Assembly: GCA_030704615.1 (NCBI GenBank)
Contig: CM060733.1
Location: 45,136,001 to 45,200,000 of the forward strand
DNA: 64,000 bases
Direction: 5' to 3'
Origin: Takakia lepidozioides
Taxonomy: Eukaryota > Plantae > Bryophyta
Shown: piece by piece, positions 51,526 to 64,000 of the stretch
Position numbering within the stretch: the stretch's first letter is position 1
Layout of the letters: each line of letters starts with the position of its first letter
Notes under the pieces: generated by a model
Told to the model about the DNA's origin: nothing
The model's input: the letters and a program-made list of their open reading frames with translations, nothing else
Databases searched by the model: none
Made by a program: the position numbers and the translations under genes

Positions 51526-52221
51526 GACCCTCGGATAGGCGTGAAGTATACACGAGGGAAGGAAAGGGGGGGTGGGGATTTGACCGCGGGCCAATGGGGG
51601 CCCTCCGGTTAGCTCGTATCGGCAAGCCTCGCATGTGCGCATTAAACTCACATCCTATGTCTAGTGTAAACCCTCCCTAGACTATGATGTTTGATCAGAA
51701 ATCCTGCCAAGCAACCTCTCCTTCCAATGGCTCCAAATTTTCGGGGCAAACCATGCCTTGCTATTTAATTTCAAATCACATGGAAATTGATCGATGGATT
51801 GCCATGCACAATGTTGTGAGTTGGGAGTTTGCTCCTTGCCTTTACATCACATGTTGATCTAGGGTTTAAACTGTCAACTTTCCAAAGAATGACTAGTAGC
51901 CTCTGTCTCTGTCCCTGGGATGAAGCCACTCATAATTTATGCTTCCTTGGGGAGGCGTCATCCTTCTTGTGCTTCTCTTCAGATCAAAATGCTCATTTGT
52001 AAGTGACTCAAAAATGGTCTGAATGGCCCTAGTTGGAAGCAGCGTTTTTCTTGTGTTCATTTATTCCAAAATCGCCGAGCGCCCATGTGGCAAGAATGCG
52101 AGGTGGCAGGGTTAGAAAAGTGGCTATATCATAGGTGGCACATGTAAGGGACGTAGGCAAAATCAGGATAAATTCAAAGAAATCCGACCAAATCCAACGA
52201 TTTTGCACCATTGAAACTCTA

Positions 52222-52460
52222 ACCAACAGTCAGTAGGTGAGTTGGTTAGTGCACCGAGTGCCACCCAGATGATTCTAGGGTCAAATCCTGCTACTTGATG
52301 GGTGTGGTATACTCTTCTCCCCCTTCCGTTGGGTTGTGTCCCATTTCTACCCCTTCATGGCGAGGTTATTGTGAAAGAGGTTATTTTTCTCCTCTCACTA
52401 TAAATGGGCTTGAGTTGTGAGCTATCGCTCGAGGTGTTTCCCTATTTTATTTTATTTTTT
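52222..52460 (+). mobile_element. tRNA-derived SINE, copy 2 (internal deletion, T-rich tail)
   Basis: Collinear with 32062-32346; TSD aaactcta(acc) at 52214 and 52461. Confidence 0.85.
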
Positions 52461-55400
52461 AAACTCTAACCTATTTTGGGGCTCCTCGAAAAAAAATTAA
52501 TTTCTAGCTAGTTTTTGTTTTATTTTATTTTATTTTTATTTTTTCAGTGATGGGTTCAAATCCTTTTTCCATGAAACTTTTCCCTTGTTATGAACATTGA
52601 GATGCAACATCTGCCAAACTAAACATGAGCTGATTTGGATGTGGCACGTGGTCAACATACCTAGCATCACACAAACACCACTCAAGAAGAGAGTGGGAAA
52701 ACTAAATAACAACCTTCAAGGGAGGCAATTCACAAGCACGCCCCTACGCCACTATCCTCTTTTGTGGAACCCCAAAATAATTGAGAGATGGGTGTGCGGA
52801 GCCTATGCTGGGAGGTGGCTAGTATGAGCATACTCAAAAGGCAGATCTGTGCCATCAGATCTGCGAGAGATATTTAAAAACCCAATATAAAAAGCCCAAA
52901 ACAGGCCTGGTGAGGCGGCTTTCTAAGGGATTAAAAACCTCCCCTTCATTCCCTTCAACTAGTGACTTCCTAACTTGGGAAAAACTCAAAATCTTTGAAA
53001 AGTTGTTAAATTATGCCTTCAATCTAACATCTACAAATAACTATACCCAAACGATTGAAACTTGTCCTCAATCTCCATATCATAATGTATTTCATCATGT
53101 AGATCATATGTTGGGGGACTTGTGGTCCTAATGGACCATCATCTGGATTTCTATGCTATTTTTCATAGTTCATTATTGAATGAATCACTGGATAAGGAAA
53201 AAAATCATATATATATATATATATAAGACGTCAACCGAAGTTAGCGTAAATAAAAGGCTCTTCCCCATGAGGATACTATCCCCTTTCGGGGGTGGGCTCT
53301 ATAAAGAAAAGACTGAATGACGTGTTCGCCACCTTCAATTTTGAATTGTCAAGAATACAACAATCCTTGTCATTTCATACTTGAGTGACAATAAATAACT
53401 CAACAAAATAGATGTATGCTTCATGACGTAAGGCCCAATGAGAGTGCATATGCAATTAAAAAACCCAGACCAAATGGTTTAACAAACCCTAATAAGAATG
53501 ATGATACATGAATGAGAAAGGAAGAACCATGTGAAGTATGCCAATCCCAATCGCAATGGTAGAAGTACATATGTGGGAACCCAAACCTTGATTGTCATTT
53601 GGCAGAAAGATCAAGCAATGTTCAATGGTTTCCAATGAGCCAACAATATGTGATGTTCCTTATACAACAAAATCTGCTGATACTATTACTATTTGTACTG
53701 AAAATCACATAAACGTTGCACTTAGTTCTATTTGGTTTCAACGTTGTATGGCTATGGAGCGATTTTCAGCAGGGTCTGAATTGGACATTCATTCTTGATA
53801 AAACAAAATTCCGAAGTTTGTCGGGTGAAACCAACTATCACATTGAAATCTCAAATAAATCAGCTTTGTGTTTGACTGGTTAAAAGCTCTTAATGCTAAC
53901 TCATATGATAGACATATATACCTTCAAACTAACTCATATGACATATAACGTACCATATATTTAATTTGTTTGAAAATGAATAGTCTAAAAACCTAAATTG
54001 TTTGCTGATGATTGAAACTTCAAAAAGATTGGGGTCATGCTACGTATATAGAAAAGATTTTTGAATGAAATGAATCATTGCAATTTATACACATGAAACA
54101 ACAATACAAAGCGACTATCAACTAAAAATTCTTTACATTAACTAATAGACAAGAATTACCAATCTTGAAAAAATAATTGAATGTTTATTGCTTGAAGATG
54201 AATTCAAATCTCTTAAATGTTGTTGTTTCATATATAGTGACCAAAATTATATCCACAACTTGATTAGATTAGTGAGTGTAAAGCTGATTCCAAATAATGA
54301 CTCTCAAAATGAGATGAAGATTTTGTATGAAATTTAATGTAGCCAAAGTTTTTGCTGATTGTTTGGAGGAACGGGGCAGAATATCCAATTGAAAGAGCTA
54401 TGTTTGGTGCTACAAATATCTCATGTCTATTGATGGCACATGTCATTCACACTTATAACCATATACATTAAAGTAATGTCAATTTGCATTTGCGTCATAT
54501 GACAAAAATGATATTTTTAATTTTTTCTGCAGAAATCATTATCTAATCTCATGGCTTTAGTAAGTTTTGCAAATTGCATTATAATATCAGTCGGTATATA
54601 ATGTGTTTCTTTTTGGTAAATAATTTTGAGTTCTCAAACATGTTCTTTACTACTCCCATACATAGGCAATAAACAATCATTCATTATCAATCATGACAAT
54701 TATTTCAGCCAATGTTGTCATGACCAAATATGACACCATTGTAAATTTGTTTGCAGCGGGAACCACTTCTTCCCCATCACACGAGTGTAAATGTGAAAAA
54801 AACACTGCTCATGCAATTGAAACTGGCAGGTGCCGCACATGTGCATTGTGTATTAACAAAATTGGTGATATACAAAATTGGCGGAATGCTATCACTGTAT
54901 TTTCCAACAATACTTAAGGTACAACAAGAATGCACATTGTCTATGTACTACGCTGTCAGTCATTAAAAGCCTAGTCGTCACTGTCCGAGGACAAGGGATG
55001 TGATGTTGTGGCATGATTTGCAATGCCAATACGGAGAGCTTGCAACCGCGATCTCGTGGTCAATGAGGGGCCCAATGGCATGTGATCAATTCTGGTCTGC
55101 ATTCGCCTATCCGCGGCGAAAGTTGACTTTCTTCTTCACTCTCACGACGTGGCGGAGGTGGATCGACAACAAGTGCTCAAGCTATGCAAATCGACAATGA
55201 GGCCGTCCACATTCGGCAATAGAGCCCCTGAAACACGATGATAACAATTTGTCCATAGTCGCCTCTATTGCTCTACAACTGCCTTGATGGTACTTTTGAA
55301 ACTTTCCAACTGCCTCTCGCGGGCCCTGTCCATAATCATTGTGGCGTTTCGACGATAAGCCGCCTCGTACACCTCATTCATTTGGCGTTGACATATTATA

Positions 55401-58400
55401 GCATCTTCCAGTTCGGACAGCAATAAATGTCTCCCAATCAGTTCTCAGTCATACAATTCGTTCTCCTCCGGCACCCATAGAACCTATGGGAGCCAGATAA
55501 ACCTGGACCTTCTCTGACTCCAATGCCCTCCCAAATTGCGGCAAAACTACTCTCTCCCCCACGAATCGGGAATGCCTCCCGCACGTATGGTTATCTGTCA
55601 GTCAAATGTGACCCAGAAATACTGGGGATCTTTGACGTATGCCGGATTTCCAGCATGTATGTCCAACTACATGACTACAACTCGCCAATCAACTTTTGAC
55701 ATGTGGAGTGGTGAAGTCATGACTACTACTACCACACCAAAATGGTTTCAAAATTCATCTCTCTGTCTGCATCTCATACCAAATTTTTGCCCCAATGCAA
55801 ACAATTCAGAAATATAAATGGATGCGGAGATCATTATACATTTGCATGTTGGCATAAATGTTATCCACACTACGGTTCGACATGCGTACGACACGTTGCA
55901 AGGCTGTCAATGCCCGCTCTACCCGTGCTTATCTGGAGGCCAAATGGGTCGTGTACCCAATTATCCCAATCGTCATTCAATGGGACCCATGCCTGAATCT
56001 CCAATGTTTTGGACAAGTGTCATGCAGTTGTGATGACAATGTCTCGCTCCTTTGTAACGCGGTCGACATCAGATATCGGATTCATCTCGGATTGAATGGC
56101 GACCCTCGAGCATTCCCCAGTTTCCAGTACCGGTTCTTTTCCTTTCCTCCTTCTCTCATCCGTAATTCGTTGTTCCTCAACCATGGTTTCATCGGCCGCA
56201 GGGTCAAAGATATCCGCAATTTCGTGAATGATGAGGTCAATACTGTGATCGGGCATTGCAAACTTCGCGTCCATGTCCACGACATTTGTTCGATCATCAT
56301 TGTGGACGACAGTGTCTTCATTGTTTGGAGGCATATCTTGTAATTTAGCTTCCAACTCGGTTGTGCGCAGTGTTTGTCAGTCCAGTCGGTCATACAGGGT
56401 CCTGATTCGCTGGACTCTTTTCGCCAGTTATTCCTCTAACGTTACAGCCGGTTGTATTCCAAACGTGTCGGGGATGTACCCCAGATCGTATAGCATCATT
56501 GCGTTCCTCCTACTAGCAGTTTGCTAATTCACTGGATGCAACAGTATGACCTCCACGTATAACATGGCTGCCAAGGTGTACGGGATTTGGCCTTTTAAGA
56601 GAGGTTAACCCCACAATGTGCAATGCACCTCATTCGCCCTATGCTGAAAATGCAAGTTCGTGCAAGACTTGGACTCTGCGTAACTGTTTCGGGTTTGCAC
56701 GTCATGCCTATCTAAATGCCACAATCGATTGATGTGGTACCACTTCACGAATTTTTTGCATCTCGCCATCGGCCATCTGAACTCTTCCGGAACATCCTCC
56801 CAGCCCTCTCCTGCTAGTATGCTAAGGTCACCATATATTTCCCAATTCAAGTATTGCCTTGACCCTTTGATTTTCTTAGGGGAGCGGTCCATGTTTATTA
56901 GGGTCATCTCCTCCATGACGCTTATCGTTCTGGTCTTCTGCCATTTTGCAGTAATCGGAGCAACACTAAATGAGATTTACTAATAAGACGTAACTCTAAA
57001 CCCTTCACCCTAAATGAGTTTGAGTAGGTGTCAGAATAGTTCCTAAAAGCTAATTTTGTAAAATAAAATGATCCTGGAAGCCAGAGGAGGGCCTATGGGT
57101 GCATTCTGCAACAATCTCACAGAAATCGCGGCAAAAAATACCTCACACCCAACCAATGGCTTCATTCGCCACGTGACTACGTGTCGTGGAATAATGAAAT
57201 GTCACGCATACAGAAGTTGTGTGGAGAGGAAGTGAGGGGAGAATGAGCCTCCCTTGGCTTATATCCCCCCCTCATTCCTCGGGCCACGCGCAGGGAAAAT
57301 GAGAATAGAGAGATCGCAATCCGGGACTGGAACAGTCGCCATGTATTGTTTCAAACAGGTGCATGTTGTCGTTACTGGTACCGAATTGGCAACCTAACTC
57401 GCTGTCGATGCAGCTCCCTACAGTCATTTTGACGCTAGAGCTCCTCCATGGTCGTCTCAAACATAATCTAAATTCCTACGTGCTTTACCAGCGATTCCCA
57501 GATAACTCGCAAACTGCCATGCTTTGGCAGTACAATGCCTCAACTATCTGCCTTAAGATAAAAAACGATCTGAAAAGAAATTTGTACCAATATATGCATC
57601 TACACCCCCTGCCAAGCTCTGCTAACAGTGCCCGTCTCCCACCCTGCACATGGCGTAAGCCTCATAATCGCTTCCACCAGGCCAATCCATTCGTCACCAG
57701 GCAGTAAACTACTAGAGGCCATACTTACTCTCCTCCACCGCTCAAGCTGGCCCTACAACAAAAGCCACCCTCCCAACACCACTAACTATCCACTAATGCT
57801 AATCGTCTGTCTACATGACACCCACATCAACACTCGTCCTATAAAATGCAACACGGACAGTCCCAAACACCTCTCTTCTGCTTGCGCCGCTGCCATCACC
57901 CGCTATATAGCTATTCTTTCCCCTCCCCCCCCCTTTGTGGGCGTGGTCACGCATATCTTTGTCAAGTTCTAAGTTTGGTAGCATACAAAAAAGAGCAGGT
58001 TGCATCCGCAAACAGAGTCGATCCATAGACAAGTCGTCGCTTAGCAAGAGGCCTGCTACCATCTCCCTCTTAGTTCAAAAACTTTATCATGTCAAAATGA
58101 ATCACCACCAAGTTGGTGCAATCTCGACGGCTCTCGCTGAGGAAGACGCCGACATCAGTTACATGCATTTATCTGACGAGGAGTTCTTTGCGACTGACAA
58201 GCATACCAAACTCGCTCTACACAGCATAAGGAAGCCACCCCCAACGGTCATACACCATCTCACCAAGGCTCGAAGCTACCTGGGCCTACAGAACCCACCA
58301 ATCCCCAGCGGACTCTCAAGCCAGCACAACTCACATCTACAGTGGGGCTGGAGGCAGCTAGCCCGGGCCTCAAACGCTCCTCTAGTGCATTCAACAGTGC

Positions 58401-58719
58401 GGCAGGGAGCTAGCATTCCGATTCCAAAAAGTAAAGGGGCCACGACTTGCACGATTCATCCCCTCAACTGGCAATCTCTAGTGCCCCGACTTCTCCACAG
58501 CTTTGGATGGGATACCTTGCGCTCGAGAAGCATGCACTTGACAGTGGACTGCCATACGTTGAGGAGATGCGCCCAATGACAGACCTCCGTAAGCTTGGCC
58601 TTCAAGACTCAGAAATTCACGACTTAAGGTACTGCTACAAAGCATTCCCCCATGTTCCCCAGCTCTACTTTCCTGGTGACTAGATCGGACGGGAAGGAGG
58701 GACAACTCTACCCACTCAC

Positions 58720-60800
58720 TCAGTTACCAAAGGGCACCCCGGTTGACCCAGATTCTGGATTATGACAGGAAGAGGTAATCCAAGAGGGAATTACCAAGGC
58801 AATCCCTGAGGCAATTATCAGGGTAATCCAAGGGGGAATTACCAGCCAGGGAATCAGGATTATAGAAATAATTCCAGAATAGACCAAGGGCAAGGACCCA
58901 ATGGTGAAGAACTGTATTACTATTGTAACCAGGCAGGACATCGCAAGGCAGCTTGTCCATTCTGGATCAAACACTAGAATGAGATGAGAGCTCCTGTGAA
59001 TGAGGGCCCGGTAGTGGCAGCTCACATGGTTATGCCATGTTTTGTACCAGAAGCAAGGCTAAACTATTACCTCTAGTGGATGAGGAGGAAGATGTTAATG
59101 AAGATGGCAGTGATGTGCCTGAAGATGTTGAGGCATGGAGGGATGAGAAGGAACTGCACAAGGAGGTGGCAAAAGCTATAAGGGAAATGCAGAAGGAGAC
59201 AGATATCCCTATAGCGGAATCAACAGACTCTGAAGAAGAAAATGATGAAGGTGAAGATGAAATGAAGCAAGATGTTTCACAGGTTCAAGATAACGAAGGG
59301 ACTTTGGCTGAAGTAATATGCTAGTCCAAAGCTGAGATTACAATTGGGCAGCTATTGGCTATGGCACCCCATTGTAGACACAGGCTGTATCAAGCAATCA
59401 ATCAGATTGCTCATGTGGAAGAGAACACAGACCTGAACAGCAAGGTGACAAGTTATAATGTGAAACCTGAAGGGCAAGAAACTGTCATGGACTTTGTTGT
59501 TTCCATGCCAGTCATCCAATTTAGAATTGGAAACACAGACTTTGATAGATGGAGGTTCGGGAGTGAATATCATGACAGACCAATTAAGGCAGAAGCTTAG
59601 TCTGAATAATATGAAACCAGCCCCATTCACAGTAACAATGGCAGATCAAAGGAGTGTACAGCCATTGGGCTTGATAAGGGGAGTAAGAATACAGTTCAGA
59701 AGTTGGTCTTTAAGATCACTATGACTGTATTGAAAATGGATGATGTCATGGAAGCTTATTCCTTACTGTTGGAACGGCCATGGTTGAAACAGGCCAAGGT
59801 ATTTCATGACTGGAATACTCAGATTATAACTGTGCGCAAGGATAAGCACAAGATACAAATTTCAACTAAGAAATCAGGTAGACTACCTGCTACCAGAAGA
59901 CCTCGTGGAGTCAGGGAATATGACTGGAGGGGAGGACTTGATGAAGAGCAGGAGGCTACTCTGTTTGCTGCACAAATGCAACTGGGAGGACTAAGTTGTT
60001 TCAAGGGTATATGTTGTGGTGCAGTATCAGCAACACCAATTGAGGGGGAAACAAGCAGTTACCCACCACATTTATATGAAGAAAGAGAGGGAGAAATAGA
60101 AATCCTAGAGGAACCAGCCACTGTGAGTTTGCAAGATGAAGTAGTGGCTGGATGGACTATCATAGCTGAAGAGCAAGTGAGAGAAGTCAATGTGGGAACT
60201 GAGGAGGAACCAAGAATGGTGAAAGTTGGGGCTGTCTTGGAGCCAGAATTCTTTGAAGACGCTAAGAGCCTATTTATCAAATACAAGGATGTATTTTCAT
60301 GGAGTTATGAAGATCTGAAGGGGACACCCCCTGAAATATGCCAGCACAGAATTGAGTTGGAACCAGGTTCTGTACCAATCAAACAGACAAGATACAAGAT
60401 GAATCCCAACTATGTATAGAAGGTTGGGGAGGAGATAAAAAAGCCAGTTGAGGCTAAGTTTATATACTCAAGAGAGTATATGACTTGGCTATCACCCATC
60501 GTGACAGTTCCCAAGAAGAATGGAAAACTGAGAGTTTGTGTGACCTATGAGAAGTTGAATGATTGTACAAAGAAAGATCCATTTCCTTTGCCATTTACAG
60601 AAGTTGTACTGGACACTATGGCAGGCCATGAGATGTACTCATTTATGGATGGCTTCAGTGGGTATAACCAAGTACAAGTAGCTAAAGAGGATCAGGGGAA
60701 GACAACTTTCATTACTGACTGGGGTGCTTATGCATACAAAGTCATGCCTCTTGGACTTTGTAATGCACCAGCAACTTTTCAGAGAGTGATAAGTGAATCT
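58720..60800 (+). mobile_element. Ty3/Gypsy fragment: gag C-terminus, protease and N-terminal half of RT (decayed)
   Basis: GNYQG repeats and YYYCNQAGHRKAAC knuckle remnant; LIDGGSGVNIM protease; WLSPIVTVPKKNGKLRVC, DPFPLP, MDGFSGYNQ and MPLGLCNAPATFQR, truncated before YxDD. Confidence 0.92.
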
Positions 60801-62540
60801 TTCCCTATATCCACTAGGCCTACCATAGTGGTCCTGGTCATTATTTCTTCTTGGCTGGGGCTGCACCTGATGCACCATCACTTGCCTAGGTTCTTTTGTA
60901 GTTGTTTTCTTGTTGTAATGACAATTCTCAGTGGGATGGGTATCCATCTTACAGGGCACAGTGCTTCTCTTTCATATGGCACTCAGCTGTGGTATGGTCT
61001 TCATTTTGGCATTTTTGAACATCAGGCTCCTTCCTCTAATGGATTGCAGCCTCGGTTGCATATTCTTCAAGATTTCTTCCGATCTCTTTTCATAGTTGTC
61101 ATTTTTCAACTTTTCCTTCTTCTTGTTCTTCCTCTTGAGCTCTTGCTCTTCTTTCTCATCTGACTCATCTTCAGAGTCATCATCATCCCTCTTATCTTTC
61201 CTGAGCATTCCTAATTGCTCAATCTTGTTGGCTGTTTTGAATGCTTCCTCCACTGTACGATGGGGTAGCATATCCACTTTCTTTTGTAATTCTGGTCTTA
61301 GTCCATTCACAAACCAAGTCTTCCGTAATCATGCTGCTGGTTATAGCAACCAACTTTCTTATCATTAACTCCTTCTTCTCCATGTATTCCTCAACAATTT
61401 CATGTTTCTTATGTCTCAACTGTTGTAGGCTATTGTACACCTTGTCCTCAGTTTTACTTGTCCTGAATCTGTTCCGGAATGCTATGCTAAGGTCATCCTA
61501 GGTTTGAAAATGGTCATCAGGAAATTGAGCATACCACTCACTTGCTCTTTTGATAAGTGAACAAGGAAATAGTCTTAACTTTGAATCATCATCATTCTCA
61601 TTGTTCACTATGCACATTTTCTCAAACTGATTGATATGTATATCAGGATTCCCTTTCCCTCCATAGATTGGGAAAGGTGCCTTCGCTCGAGTTGGGGCTA
61701 CTGCCGCCATCTGTGGCCCAACTCCCTGCCCTGTGGCAGGTGCTGGCCCTCCTGTAGGTGTTGGTCCTTGAGGACCTGCTGTGGTTGTGGTACTCCCACC
61801 AGGTGCTGGCTCTTGAGCACTTCCTGCTATTGGCCCCCCTTTATTTGCAGTACCCCCAACACCAGTTGAACTACTTCCCACACTCCTTGTCCGCCCAAAG
61901 CCAAATCCAAGTTGCCCGCCTGATCCCCCTGAGCCGACACCTGTGTTGGCCTGTGATCCAAGTGCTCTACTTGGTCCAGGTCCAACAGGTTGGGATGTCC
62001 AGGTTGTAGTTTCAACCTCAACTGTGGGGTCTACGTCTTCATACCCCTCGTCTTCCAAGTTTATCTGTCTGTTTTCATCTTCCAAGTTCTTATCTTGGAT
62101 TTCTTCTTCCTCACTCATATAACTCAATTGAAGTGGTGTTGGAATGTCTGAACTTTCCGATGGCCCTTCTTCATCCTCCTCCCTGTCGTTAGCTGGTGTA
62201 TCAGAAACTAGTGTTCCTGCTCTGGGTGTACCGTGCCAACTTTGATCAAAGATTTCTGTCAAATCTTTAATCCAGGGATTCCCTTCAGTTCTTTCCCCTC
62301 GTACTTCATCTTCTTCTTCCACCAGATCTTTTAATCTCTTTTGTAAAGAATAACTAGGTGTAATATCTAAATTAGAGTCTTCAAGTATAGGTGATGGACT
62401 TTCTGGTCTTAGTGGTGTGAGAGGCCCATATGATTCTCCTATATCTATACCCTTCTGCCAAAGATACGGATAATTAGCTTTTAAATAGCTTTCCCTTTTC
62501 GCTGAATATCTGTGGAGTCTAGCTTCCCTTTCATCACTCA

Positions 62541-63056
62541 TCACCCATATCTTTCACGTATTTGATGAGGTAATAACCACAACTCTGTCCTGTAGTATCT
62601 CTCGTATATGCCTGGATTTCTTTCAAGCTTTAATGTACCCTTGGCTAGACTAGAAGGCTCCGTTACCATATAACCATATGGCAAACAGATCTGGAAAGCT
62701 GTTCTTTGTGTAAGTTTGATCCACAAGATATAATTGGGAATCCAATTCTTTACCAGTACAAGCTCTTCATGCATATGAGTAAAGACATTCACTTTCCGTT
62801 CCTCCCAGCCTTCAAACTCCACTCGTTTAATGGATAACAACGCTATCACATAAACCAGTGTTGGTAACCAACTTGCTCTCCCTCTACAGGCCACTTGATT
62901 AATCTGTATCACTCCTTTCTCTAATCCCCACTCTGGATCAGCATCATGCATTCTCTTAAGAATGTTTTTCTTACAACCGTCTAGCAACTCCAAGAACCTT
63001 TGAAAGAATTGCTTGGCCAATCTTTCCTTCTCTGTTTCACACGGAATTTGATTCAC
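62541..63056 (-). CDS. Retrotransposon extra ORF upstream of gag (171 aa, unknown function)
   Basis: Open frame between the PBS and gag. Its TGA overlaps the gag ATG (TGATG, 62543-62539). The listed start is GTG. Confidence 0.5.
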   Translation of the reverse strand: MNQIPCETEKERLAKQFFQRFLELLDGCKKNILKRMHDADPEWGLEKGVIQINQVACRGRASWLPTLVYVIALLSIKRVEFEGWEERKVNVFTHMHEELVLVKNWIPNYILWIKLTQRTAFQICLPYGYMVTEPSSLAKGTLKLERNPGIYERYYRTELWLLPHQIRERYG

Positions 63057-63104
63057 ATCAAATTCTTTGATTCTCCAACCTCCAACCTCCTTCTAGACTC
63101 AGCT

Positions 63105-63121
63105 CCCCAGTATGATCGCCA
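63105..63121 (-). other. Primer-binding site (tRNA-Arg-like)
   Basis: Minus strand CA-TT-TGGCGATCATACTGGGG; the tRNA assignment is by resemblance only. Confidence 0.6.
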
Positions 63122-63123
63122 AA

Positions 63124-64000
63124 TGTCGAGCGGCTTTTACTTACCCATCCCTTCGCTATCCGAGGTGGAAACTCCAAGATAGAAGAGTTGGATATCTCTA
63201 AGTACTCCTCTTGGTGCTCTTCCGCGGAAATACACCATGCTTCTTACTTGGCGCGCGTTGACGTGGCGTTTAAGCTCGATGATGTGGAGTGAGCCCGGTG
63301 ACGTGGCGTTCGCTCAAGGACGTGGCGTGAGCACTGCTGCGCTCACGCCGAGGCATCCCTGATGCTCGTAGAAGAGTGCTAAGTTTGCACCTAGATTCTT
63401 GATAATAGAATGTCATGGTTTTAGTCATGGTTATCTAGAATTACCTACTTCTAGTTAACTAGGACATTTTAGATATTTATATTTATATTTATATTTTGTG
63501 TGTTGGGACTTCATTTGGTCTCACATGCCAAGTGAGGTGTCGAGCCTCACTTGAGACATGGAGATAGGTTTTCCCATTGTGAGTGTTGAGGAGGCTCATC
63601 TTCTTGGAGTTGAGCCTCCATGAGCTTCTCTCACCTCCATAGCTCTAGGTATTGAGAGGGAGTGTGTTGAGGGCTTTGTAGGGTGGATTCCTTTAGCAAA
63701 GGTGCCCTTGGCTTGACTTAGTTTATGTGATAGAGTGGATTTCACTTGGAAGGACTAGGGCTTGTTCTTCATGTGATTGCTTCATGCTTTAGAGCTTTCA
63801 TTGTCTTCTACTTCTCTCATTTCTCATCTCTTATACTACAAGAAGATCACCTTATGCTTGTGAGTGTGGAGTGTAAGGGATTAGTTTTGCACTTGTATTT
63901 TAAAGAGGTTGAGAGCTAGGAGAATTTAGCTCTTGTATCACAAGGCTTGCAAGGGTTGCAAGGAAAGGTGCTCGAGTATTGCATGCACCAAGGAGTTGGA
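63124..64000. repeat. LTR sequence (5' LTR of the minus-strand Gypsy and adjacent LTR-like DNA; right boundary unclear)
   Basis: Starts with tgtcgagc next to the PBS; contains gacgtggcgt repeats; partly homologous to 30400-30832. Confidence 0.6.

Larger units (their letters stand above)
60800..63123 (-). mobile_element. Ty3/Gypsy 5' part: PBS, extra ORF and gag (decayed)
   Basis: gag motifs FPIYGGKGNPDIHINQFE..KLRLFPCSL..ASEWY, NGLRPELQKKV and CKMDTHPTENC; PBS-like TGGCGATCATACTGGGG 2 nt after ...GCTCGACA. Confidence 0.88.

Overview
Intron-containing plant nuclear DNA, probably from a non-seed land plant such as a bryophyte (inferred from gene and transposon style; not provable here). Host genes: the 5' part of EMC1 (minus strand, running off the left edge), an intronless secreted Gly/Pro/Phe-rich repeat protein (~802 aa), two tandemly duplicated 5-exon STP/MST hexose transporter genes (515 aa each) and a 4-exon plastid rubredoxin-like gene. 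The most notable object is a decayed Ty3/Gypsy LTR retrotransposon (~19.7-30.8 kb, minus). Its pol carries a full DNMT3-like C5-cytosine methyltransferase domain between protease and RT, and a C4HC3 PHD finger at the integrase C-terminus; a CG/CHG-rich 10-mer tandem array lies in the putative leader. This amounts to a mobile chromatin reader plus writer. Also present: one STP paralogue has lost a conserved sugar-binding Asn; a tRNA-derived SINE (2 copies with TSDs); two hAT-type non-autonomous elements with 8-bp TSDs; two Tc1/mariner-type MITEs (one nested in a hAT element); tandem arrays; and a second Gypsy element at the right end whose gag-pol appears split by an inversion.
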